NCBI GenBank assembly: GCA_002633005.1
Contig: NMRA01000455.1
Span: 210,122 to 274,121 of the forward strand
Direction: 5' to 3'
Source: Phoronis australis
Lineage: Eukaryota; Animalia; Phoronida
Length of the DNA: 64,000 bases
Below, piece by piece: positions 40,801-50,403 of the stretch. A program made the position numbers and the translations under genes. Positions within the stretch are counted from its first letter, which is position 1; each line of letters begins with the position of its first letter. Under the pieces are notes generated by a model, which saw only the letters and a list, made by a program, of their open reading frames with translations, made no database searches and was not told where the DNA came from.

Positions 40801-43800
40801 GCCCTAGACGACAACCGTCGACCGCCCATAGTGGTTGGAGGCCCAGACTATGAGGTAAGGCAGCACACCGGGGCAATGTTGGTGGGCAGGGCCCGGAGAC
40901 TGTTCATGTGACTAGACCTGAATATCAATCAATTGAAATTTGAAAGTTTGGTTGAATTGTCCAATGTGATCTGTCAACATTTTCAGGCCTTAGTATTCCA
41001 AGTATGGATAGAGGGTTTATGTTGGTGAAGCTATTCTCTTGGCATTTTGTCTGCCAGTAATGCTTCTCTTTGGGAATTGGTCGAGTATTCCTCCTTCAAT
41101 AAAGGTTCTTCAAAAAAAATCAGTTGCTCGGACGTTGCAATTTTTTGTGCACCATTGATCCTACTCAAAATATTTTTTTCGAAATGTGTCTTAACTTTGT
41201 TAAAGCTATACCGACAGGTGTGAAGAGAATTGATTGTAAAATCATGTATACCAGAATTATAAAAAATTACATCAATTTTGCAATGAAGTCTTCTGTGTGA
41301 GTCTTTTAAGTCTGTCAGCCAGATATTTCTTGTTCTTAATATGTTTATGCCTTTAATAATAGTTCAAACACAACATGGCTGGTGTTGTGTGTTTTTCATC
41401 ATGAACAAAAAATCTTCTTCAGGAGGGACCACACTGTGCAATTACTGAGGATGAATTCTTCGACGCCGTAGATGCAACACTTGATAAACTTGACAAGGAA
41501 GAAGATGAGGTAATTAGAGGCTAATTACAGTTTCTGTAGCAATATATAACTTCATGTACTGCAGTGGTCGAGGTTATGTAGAGTCTTATTGTTGAGTCTG
41601 TGCATGCAGGCAATTGTCTTAACAAATGTAGATTTTAACTTTGAATTGGTAAAAGGTTAAACTTTCTAAGAGACAGAAAGCCTGTAGTTTGATTTTTCCC
41701 TTTTCACCATTCTACCATATTTGATTAGTTCACATGTGACCATGTTTTAAGTAAAATTTGCCAAAAAGGAAAGGTACATTAATAGAGAACATGGACATCA
41801 ATAATGGTAAAAATTGACCAAATTTCTAGACGAGATCTTAGAAACGCTGTCGCAGTTTTCTAGAATATCACGTTGTCTTTCATTTTATGCAACTTAGAGT
41901 ATTTTATGTTCACCCCATTAGTCCCGTATTTTGATTGCTCCTCACACACAAACGGATCATTTTAGGTTTTGGAAAACAGTGCATAAATACCATCCAAAAA
42001 TTTTATATGAATTCGGCAGGCCCTTTCTGAGATATGATGCTGTGAAGTTAGCAAAATTTGGGCATTTTTGTAGAGTACTGCATAACCTTATGTCACTGTG
42101 ACTCGCCATTTCAAAGCCAAGATAGTTTAAGATAGGGTGTAGTGATTTTTCGAAATTTATTGTGCTATAATTGTGAAGCCTTCAGCTTATTTGCATATTT
42201 GAAAACAGTTCCTTGACGTGTCATGTGTCTTTGGTACTGCCATATTACCCTATGAAAATATTCCCACAATGCAATGCAGGAAACTCACAACATAATTCTG
42301 TATTATTTATTGTAAATTGGGGAACGCAAGAAAGTCCCCAATAGGAATATTAGAAATGCTCCTAGAAGCTTAAGGAGAAGTATCCCTCAAAGGAACTTAC
42401 AAACCTTCTCCCTACCGGTGTTTGTGTTTACTGTTCTCATTTCATTGTATCAGCATCTCTGACTTCATTGTTTCTGTGTCTGTCCACAGAAGGCATTCTT
42501 TGCCGCGTCCAAACCTAGTCTTCCCCCCAAGACCAGCCTCTCTCCCTCTCATCCATATTACAAGGAGGTAAGTTCAAGATCCACTTCTTTTTTACAATTA
42601 GTATTACTTTTTTGCTGTCTAATTAATCATAAGCCCTCTTTATGTCCATAGGAAATAAAATTTCCGTCACCAAATTAGTCATCAATCTTGAGTGTGATAA
42701 AAAGCATTAAGTGTACGGTAATCTGCCGTTTAATAACACAAGAAAATCTCATTAGAGATAATTCAGTGTTAATAATTGATATACTGATGTAAACTAAAAG
42801 ATTTTCTTAATAGGTATAGCACGGTTTATGAATATTTTGTTGTATGGGCGATGCCAGGATGTCTAGCTGGGACACAGCTCTGATTGGCTGCTGTGTCAGC
42901 GGCTGGCTGCCCTTTGTCATTCTCCAGTTGTCCTGGCAGCGTTTTGTTGCTGTCTGTTTGCCGAAACATTCACGACCTTTACTGTATCGAAAGTTGAAAA
43001 ACTGTAAAGATGCCATGCGCCTCCAAAAGCTTAATGCTGTACACTAAAATCCAGATTAATGACATCGTGGGGGACCACATTCAGCACGCCTGCTTCGAGG
43101 TGAAAGGAGATGACACGTGGGAGCTGATCGCGGAGGAGGGTGAGATGCGCGTCTACCGGCGCCAGCTAGAGGAGGAGGGTATGGTCGTCGACCCCCTCAA
43201 GGCTGTACACACAGTCAAGGTAAGAGCAGACAGAGCTTCGTTAAGTCTCATAACTAACAGCATGAATATGGTGTTTGTGCAAAAGTCCTCCTTATATGCA
43301 AGTCGCATTAATTAGATATAATACTCTACTTTAAATATATTACTGCTTTGAAGAGCCTGCTAAGTTGGCGTATGTGTAGACAAATCAAATAGAACATTTG
43401 TCCCAGGGTAATGGTTCTTGCGTAAAAACTACTCTGGGGCCTTTTTCGTGGAAAGTGACCTAGGACTAAGAAAGAAGTTTGGTCTTACGCTCCACACTAC
43501 TATTTCTGAAAAATAATCAAATCTCACGGCTTGAGCAGAAGAGCTTTTGAAGAGTTTTTGAGCATGTACTTAGAACTGCTAGCTACTGAGATAATTTCTA
43601 TAAATTATTTGTAGACTGTGATGCACTCATAGTCACTTCACCAAACCTTTATTCAACAATTGTGAAGTGGGTGGGTAAGACCAAATTTCTGTCGTAAGTC
43701 TTAAGAAGTCACTTTTATGAAAAGGACCCCTGGCCGGTCAAAAATGATCAAGTTAAAATAAGATAGAAAGGCTGTTTAAATTCTACCGGTAAGTTTCATT

Positions 43801-46800
43801 CTGTTCACTGGATACCCTTAGAAAAGCTGTTGTGCGAAACTAGATGTCCCAAGGTAATAGTGGTATTACGACTCAGTATAACTTTAAATACATCTCCTAT
43901 TCCTGTGTTCAGTTACACAACATTCAGTCAAAGCTGAACAAATATTGATTGTTTCAGGAACCGTGTCTGAGCAGTAAATGTGATTAATGGTCAGCATTTC
44001 TTACCTTAAGGTCAACGGCCTGGCGTTTATTCCACTAACTTTAGAAGTCACGATGTTGTCAATTAAACTATTTGACGGTCTATTTTGAGTACCTTAGGCA
44101 TGTACTCGCAAACAGGTTACTGAAGCTTGGTTCAAGGTTGATGTGCTGTGACTGGGTTGGGGGGGGGGGGGNGGGGGGGGGGGGAGTTTCTTCTCAGCTC
44201 TCTGAATTGTAACTCTCTCGTCACTGAGATAGGTGGTGCGTTTTAATGAGAATGAAAAGTGAGTTACAGTTTGTAGAGCATTATTAACTAGCTGACTGCT
44301 GTGAAGTATCGGAGTTGCCAATTTGAGTACTTTGGTCGTCAGAATAGCGTATTCTAACAGTTTTGTTCAGTTATTAGGTCTCATTTTCCTGCCAGCTGTG
44401 TGCTTGCAGTACAGAGGATTTTTTCATGAGCAGAGCTTTTGTTGTAGGGTATTACCGGAAGAGAAATTTGCTCGTATTTCTGGGACGTCAACGTTCGCAT
44501 GGACTGGGAAAATAAGCTCACCGGTAACTATGCACTGTATTGGCGTGTCTTTTCTAGTCGCTGTCGGCGCGCTTTCAATTTCTAGCCTTTGTTTCAGGGT
44601 GTCACTGGCCATGAGATGGCCCACATGTTCTGGGACGTTAACGTCAGAATGGAGTGGGAGAATAAATTAACTGGTAACGTAGCCGTCATGCACCGTCCTT
44701 GCCACCAGGTGGCGGTAGCTCACTCCCCACTGTCTCGCACCCTATTTCTGTCTGCACACTTGCTTTAAGCCTGTTCACACACGCACGCAAACTGTCCAAT
44801 GAGCATGTTGAAACGGTAGTGATTTAGCCTGATTGTAATTCTGTAATTGGGGACACATTTGATATGCACGTCTGATTTTAATACATCATTTAATTGGTTG
44901 TCATCACTGTATTGTATGAAATAACCTAACAAAATGATGACTAAGTGCATGGGGAATTTCCTGTCACGACAGCTGAAAGTTCGCAAAGTTTCTCATCATG
45001 CCTTTTGATGACTAGGGAAAAGAATATAAATATACTTGCCTTAAAATATATCTCGCAAGCATTTCTAAGTCTGGTAAGCATGCTACCTGTGGCCACATCA
45101 CGTGGTCTAATGAATATAAGTCTAAAACATATCTACACCAACCGGGATTTGAACCCCGGGACCTCCTGTTAACCATGCAGAAGGTTTCATGTTCAAGTCC
45201 TGGTTGGGGCAGAAATGTTTTTAGACTTATATTCATGAGGTCAAGTGATGTGGCTACATGTGGCATGCTGACCAGACTTAGCAGTGTTTGAGAGGGAGCA
45301 GAATATTGTGTAGTTGTGTTTGGCACTTGCTGTTTATGGCGGTATTTACACCCATTATTGCAGTCTATTCTGTTATGACTGTTGTCTGCGTATTCATTTC
45401 AATTTTATAGGGATAAAGAACGTTATCAATACTATACTACTCGCCAAAAAAGTTCAAACAAAATGACCCAGAATTCCCTGCTATGATGTCTGATCAGTGT
45501 CACAGTTACTGTAGCAGTCCCTTGTTACATGGAATCAACAGTAAATCTAGTAATGTGGCTGTAGTTAGAATTCTGCCACCTAAAAGTCGAAATACTTATT
45601 ACCAGTCATTTTTGCTGTGAACAGAATTGGCTGTCATGACGTTGGAACGGTATTTTGTCTGATTTCTTTTTTCTGAAAATGTTACGTTTTTGCCGTACTT
45701 CAGTGCCAAATGAAAATACATTCCTAGTTACAATATGAATTTAACTGTACCCGAACAATTCTACAAAATGCATACACGCAGCCCTCCACTGTTGATGATT
45801 TGAAATCGTTCAACACAGATTAATTGTACTGTGTGCGCGACAGGTACACAAGCCGACTCCATGGTGCTTTCGCTTCTGATTGAAAGTTCCTCACTTGTTA
45901 GATATTCTGCTTCTATTTCTTGATTACAATGCAGAGCAATTCCAATTTTTGGGTCAATAGCTACCGGGGTGCACTCTGAGTATCTGAATCGCTGAACACA
46001 GCATTTCAGCGACTGCATGGGGGATGGAAATGAAATTGTCCTTTCGTGAGACAGAATTTACTGGTCTACATTAATGCTAGATTGATTTTTGGGAAGAGTG
46101 AATTATTCAAATTTTATGAACTACCATAAGTGTTTAGGATAACCCTCATGCTGCTATAAGTGAACTCTACTTTTCAAAAATGCTCTAATTAAACGCCAAC
46201 TGCTCGGACTAGCACCCACCTCTACTGTAAAATGCCCCGTCGCTATGAAGTGACGCTTTCATATTGCCCACATGTATTCAGTCAACCATGCAACTGTTCT
46301 GCCTCAACTTTCAGTGTCTCCATTTCCTAGTTCTCCATGCTGCCTCTGCTCTGAAAGTCCTTCCATTCATTGGATAGTGTTTCCTATTTGGAAAGGCCTC
46401 GGTGTCTGTGCATTGATAGTGCCTAACCGCATCATCTCAAGAATAATGCCATAACCCTACCAGTTTATTGTCTGCTATCTTTTGCATTGGAAACCAGCTG
46501 TTCATGTGTCAAACCATGTCTTTAATGCTTTTAAAACTACTACCAAAAATGATTTTCACTGTTATGTTTCAGATTCTATTATTGCACGGGGTTAACGTAT
46601 TTTAACAGCCAAGGAGTCAATAACAGTGCAATTCTTTTTGTGACTCCAGTGTCCTGTGCTCTTGACGTTTAGTGGTTGCTAGTTTGTACAGTCAAGACAA
46701 AAGTAATCAGACAAAATACAGTCACTGCAAGACAAAAGTAATCAGACAAATTACCATTTCATCGTCATGCTGGCTAATTCTAACAACAAAAAAGATTTGT

Positions 46801-49800
46801 AATTACTATTATGCCGGCAAAATTACAATTACAGAATGGCTTGGTGACCTTTACTAAATTTTCTGTGGATTCTCCTTCATTCTCAGTCAAGAGAACAGGC
46901 TACTCTGAGTATGAATTCGACTTCACCCAGATGTCGTGGCGGAAAATTCCGTGTCATTTTGTCTGTCAGAATACTTTTGGCATATATTATAGTTGCAGAG
47001 TTTCTTGCTCCATGACCTCTTTCTGAACTCTGTTCTATAACATGCTATTTTCTAAGTTCGGCCTCAGTTAAGTGCGTGACCATCAAAATAGCTTTCGAGG
47101 GCGTATTGCTAGCACCACCCCCTATTGGGCTATACGAACGTAAATACAGTCGCGTTCATTAACAGTTCCTTCATGGCTTACTGACTTGCAAACACGGTTC
47201 ACTGATTGCCAAGCAAGATGCCGGACTCGCGCAGTCTTTGTCGGTCATAGAGCCATGTTTGGTGATCGGTAGGTCAAAACTGTGAGTGGCAACTAAGTTC
47301 ATCGGGTCAATAAGCCCTGTTTATAAGGAACTATGGTAGCTGTTCATTTATTTAACACACACAATATGGCCAGCCAGTGAAACTTTAAAGTTCTCCACAA
47401 AAATAAATATATAAAATGGATCAGTGAAATTTTCGGATATTATAACATCCTTTGTCTGTTTCTGTTGATAATAATGTTTATTATAATTCCCACTATTTGC
47501 AAAATTGGTAATCATCGTTTGAACAATAAAAAAGGAACATTTTGGTGATTTGGCAATTGTTGTGCCCACCTGTTACGACTTTGAAAACAATGTTAGGAAA
47601 TTTCAAGTTATTAGGTATTAGTGTGAAAAGAAAAAATTGCCGTCAATGTACACAAAATTTTAGGGCACAATATGGCCGACGACTGAAGTTATATTACATC
47701 TGATTCATATTTTCCATGTAGATATGTCACACTAAATGAGCAATTCCCTGTTCAAGTCCATACTTTAAGTATCTTAAAACGTTTTGAAAAAGTGTGTCCA
47801 TTCACAACACTTGAAAATGAAAAATGCAGTTTTGGCAATGCCTTTGTCTTATTTAAGTGAGATTTTACCATGTAGGAGGACACTTATGGACCTGTGGAAC
47901 CTAAAGCAATGTACGGATTCCTAGCTTTCTTGCAAACCCCTGAGAGGTCAACATAGAGTTTCCAGTCTGTGTGTCAGTTTAGAAGTTCCTGACTAGTTTT
48001 TTTGCAGTGGAGAAGTTGACCTTGTATAATATGTTTTCTTTATGGCTTCAATATGCTCGCTGTGCCACAAAAAGAATCACATGTCCCTTTTTCGTCACAC
48101 AGGTACCCTTGAGAACACTACGGTGCTGGAGTGGCTGTCAGAAGATACTGTCGTGTCATATCAACAGCACAAGAAGGTATGGCCAACGGCGCAGCGAGAG
48201 TCGCTCTTCTGGTCGCACATTCGTCACGTTCCCGACGAGCATGAGGACGGACCAGACTACTGGATCGTCTGCAATTATTCCACGGAGCACCCCAAGGCAC
48301 CTGTGAGTAGCCTAGCATTCAAAAATATTGCCCATTGCCCAAAGCCATAACTGGTCTTTATTGTTGCAAATCTGAAAAGCTGTTGACGCGCTAGGGTTAG
48401 ATGTCCTTCTCTCTGTCTGAAATGCAAGACTTAAAAACTGGCGGTTTGACCAACTGCTCAAAAACTAGTTACCATGTGTAAATGCATGCAGGACGTTGAG
48501 AAGATGTGTCCACACTGTAAAAACTATGAAAGAGCCAGCCTTCTTGTCAGGGTTAGCCAACGCCTGTGATCTGCTTCTTGCCAGTAGCGTGCGACCTGCC
48601 AATTTATTGTATTAGTTGAATCCAACTGCTGTCGGTACAAAGAAATTGTTAACAACTTATTTTATGGTTTTCACATTTAAATGAAAAGGAAGTGCTTTTT
48701 TAAGTATACAGATTTGACTGATTGATTTCAAAAAATAAAATGCAAGAATGATCATCAATGACTGTACAATGTGTCAGCTCATAGATCGGTCACACAAAGA
48801 CTTCATTCACGTTGCAAACATTTTTTGTCACAAGTGCTTCGAGAGCAAACCGCAGCAGGCTGGTCTCAGCAGACATCAAAAAGAACATTATTTCAGGGTG
48901 TTCTATAAGAAGAAGTCTCTTCTAGCTTTTTGGTGAATTTTTGTGTTGGCCATTTCTCTTAGAAATTTACTTTCTTTGCAGAAGAACACTAAGTGTGTGC
49001 GGCTGCGCTTGAACATCGCCATGATATGTCAGACGATTGTAGCGCCACCTGCCGATGGAAAGGAAATCACTCGTGATGATCTTACATGTAGGATACAGTA
49101 TGTGGCTAATGGTAGGTGTTTCTATTCATGTTTCCATGGCTTCTAAATTTGAATATATGAAATTTGTGACGACACATTCCTTTCAACTATTACCCTACCT
49201 GGTGATTACCATTTTCAAAGTTGTTTGTGGAATGCCTTTTAGCAAAAACGATTGTTGCGGCAAAATCGGATACTATTAAGATTTGTCTGAATGTGAAGTA
49301 ACAGAGAACTACCCTCTTTTTGAAAGGGGCATTTCACTGCTATTTAGTTGTCATTGTTGATTTCTTAACTGAAGCGCTTTCTGGTTTAAACATTACACTC
49401 ATCTGATCTTATGATTATTTATAACCCTTTTTAAAATATTGTCTTCCTGAAATATCTTTGTAGTTAGTGACTGTTAACCCATATCGTTCACAACAGTGTC
49501 CAATCTCGTGGTCAGGTGACCTGCATTTTTATGTCTGTGTTTTGTTTTGCTGAGTTGACTATGATCGAAAAACAACAGGTGTAAGTAAATTCATTGATAG
49601 TTTTCCTAAGTTTACCCAACCTATTGCCATGGTGATAATGTTGTTAGAGCAAAGATTTTCCCACAATTTCCAACTAATTTTCTGTCATATTTTGTCTGAT
49701 TTTCCATGTTTTCACCTGATCTTAGATGCACTGCTTTTGAAAACCCCTTCATTTTACATCTGCAGGGGCCTGTCTGACAAAAATGATGTAACTGTATGAT

Positions 49801-50403
49801 GGAGACCAGTGGCTGATTTAGAAGGGGGCCATGGGCCCCCTAAAACTCTCCCAGATTCCATTTGGCAATTGGGGGGTGCGAATGTCTAACAAGCAAAATC
49901 TTGGCTAATACTATGCCCTGGCCCCCCTAATTAAAAATCCTGGATCCGCCCCTGGAGACATACGCCAAAACTCGCCACTGGTTGTCTGTAGGTTTCTATG
50001 TAAAAAATATCGCAAAAGTTAGTATTCTCTAATTGCACAAATTTGGTATTATACTTGAAAACAACGTATTGTGTCCAAAGTACAGTGATTCTGCATGTTT
50101 GGAGCAGTCGCGCTGTTAAAACTGAAGGTAAAACGAGGCATTGTGTCCTAAACAACAATGCACAACAATCATTTTTTGCAGTGCCACCAAAGTGTGCAAG
50201 TGATGAATATTTTAGGGAAACAGGCCCTAGATGTTCAGTCGTTCATTGGATCTCAGTGTGGGCATTTTTTTTCAGTGAACCCAGGGGGATGGGCTCCCTC
50301 GTCTGCTCTGCGGATCGTTTACAAGCGAGAGTACCCGAAATTTCTCAGGAAGTTCACGCAGTACGTCATAGACAAGACTGCCGATGAGCCGATTTTGTTT
50401 TAA
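10662..50403 (+). CDS. CERT1: Ceramide transfer protein (CERT/COL4A3BP/STARD11). Exons 10662-10898, 32166-32282, 33146-33256, 34584-34722 (copy 35028-35166), 37074-37196, 40088-40242, 40759-40854, 41423-41509, 42490-42567, 43055-43219, [44448-44523 OR 44598-44673], 48103-48302, 48982-49111, 50276-50403
   Basis: All junctions are GT-AG and phase-compatible; total 1842 nt = 613 aa + stop. Recognised PH domain ([12 protein letters not shown]), LRRHGS plus serine repeat, [19 protein letters not shown] motif EFFDAVD and START domain ending VNPGGWAP...KREYPKFL...PILF*, collinear with vertebrate CERT. Confidence 0.96.
12701..12950. mobile_element. Tc1/mariner-type MITE (TA TSD)
   Basis: TA|CAGTACAAG...CTTGTACTG|TA; related copies at ~30269-30512, 39305-39522, ~45430-45665 and ~46690-46990. 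Confidence 0.8.
14580..18862. repeat. ~2.1-kb direct duplication (14580-16746 / 16748-18862) around a single N
   Basis: Near-identical copies abutting N16747; probable uncollapsed haplotype overlap. Confidence 0.85.
14828..15341. mobile_element. TIR element, possibly PIF/Harbinger-like (second copy ~16996-17475)
   Basis: TTTACACCAGAGACAG ... CTGTCTCTGGTGTAAA inverted termini with internal TGACAC repeats. Confidence 0.6.
19004..19188. repeat. Foldback/inverted-repeat element
   Basis: Arms GCATCTTTGTTCTGCATTCACTTCCATTGAGCAA / TTGCTCCATGGAAGTGAATGCAGAATCAAGATGC. Confidence 0.7.
19774..19849. mobile_element. ~75-bp hairpin MITE
   Basis: TTTTGAGAACCAGTTT...AAACTGGTTCTCAAAA; further copies at ~11327-11400 and ~23060-23125. 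Confidence 0.75.
24933..25475. repeat. ~270-bp direct duplication around N25200
   Basis: 24933-25199 vs 25201-25475, with a few SNPs/indels. Confidence 0.85.
32166..32282 (+). CDS. CERT1: CERT exon 2 (PH domain C-half)
   Basis: ag|[39 protein letters not shown]|gtgag. Confidence 0.95.
33146..33256 (+). CDS. CERT1: CERT exon 3 (PKD site and serine-repeat motif)
   Basis: [41 protein letters not shown] bounded. Confidence 0.95.
34299..34544. mobile_element. GGGCC-terminal MITE (Harbinger-like)
   Basis: GGGCCAATTCCAAGAAA...TTTCTTGGAACGGGCCC; related copy at ~54172-54394. Confidence 0.7.
34584..34722 (+). CDS. CERT1: CERT exon 4 (copy 1)
   Basis: [33 protein letters not shown]..., donor T|GTAAGT. 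Confidence 0.9.
35028..35166 (+). CDS. CERT1: CERT exon 4 (copy 2, likely the other haplotype across the N gap)
   Basis: Same peptide with one synonymous difference; separated from copy 1 by the N run at 34891-34903. Confidence 0.75.
37074..37196 (+). CDS. CERT1: CERT exon 5 (acidic linker)
   Basis: ttag|(S)[17 protein letters not shown]...KDM|gtaag, phase 1-1. Confidence 0.85.
38225..39030. mobile_element. Helentron/HINE-like element with five diverged ~145-bp tandem units
   Basis: Starts TTTTT plus hairpin ATGCGCCCACATAT..ATATGTGGTCGCAT; units end in GCCMCCTAGTGRC-like motifs at 144-154-bp spacing. Confidence 0.6.
39305..39522. mobile_element. Tc1/mariner-type MITE copy
   Basis: TA|CGGTACAAG...GAATACTTTTGGCCTGTACTG|TA. 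Confidence 0.75.
40088..40242 (+). CDS. CERT1: CERT exon 6
   Basis: [43 protein letters not shown]. Confidence 0.95.
40759..40854 (+). CDS. CERT1: CERT exon 7
   Basis: [32 protein letters not shown]|gtaag. Confidence 0.93.
41423..41509 (+). CDS. CERT1: CERT exon 8 (FFAT motif)
   Basis: [29 protein letters not shown]. Confidence 0.95.
42490..42567 (+). CDS. CERT1: CERT exon 9 (78 nt, pre-START linker)
   Basis: Long pyrimidine tract + cag, [26 protein letters not shown], donor GAG|GTAAGT, phase 0-0. Confidence 0.8.
43055..43219 (+). CDS. CERT1: CERT exon 10 (START N-terminus)
   Basis: [34 protein letters not shown]|gtaag. Confidence 0.95.
43437..43729. mobile_element. Harbinger-like MITE, CTG TSD
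   Basis: ctg|GGGCCTTTTTC...GAAAAGGACCC|ctg. Confidence 0.6.
44448..44523 (+). CDS. CERT1: CERT exon 11A (mutually exclusive variant A)
   Basis: ttgtag|[25 protein letters not shown](G)|gtaac, 76 nt, phase 0-1. Confidence 0.88.
44598..44673 (+). CDS. CERT1: CERT exon 11B (mutually exclusive variant B)
   Basis: tttcag|[25 protein letters not shown](G)|gtaac, 76 nt, phase 0-1. Confidence 0.88.
45065..45281. mobile_element. Foldback element with tRNA B-box-like sequence in the arms
   Basis: CTAAGTCTGGTAAGCATGC...GCATGCTGACCAGACTTAG; ~100-bp imperfect arms; GGGATTTGAACC. Confidence 0.7.
48103..48302 (+). CDS. CERT1: CERT exon 12 (START)
   Basis: [40 protein letters not shown]...[14 protein letters not shown]|gtgag. 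Confidence 0.95.
48982..49111 (+). CDS. CERT1: CERT exon 13 (START)
   Basis: [23 protein letters not shown]...CRIQYVAN|gtagg. Confidence 0.95.
49807..49954. mobile_element. Same MITE family (opposite orientation to 3204), 5-bp TSD
   Basis: CAGTGGCTGAT...GGATCCGCCCCTG, TSD GAGAC. Confidence 0.87.
50276..50403 (+). CDS. CERT1: CERT last coding exon
   Basis: [42 protein letters not shown]. Confidence 0.96.
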
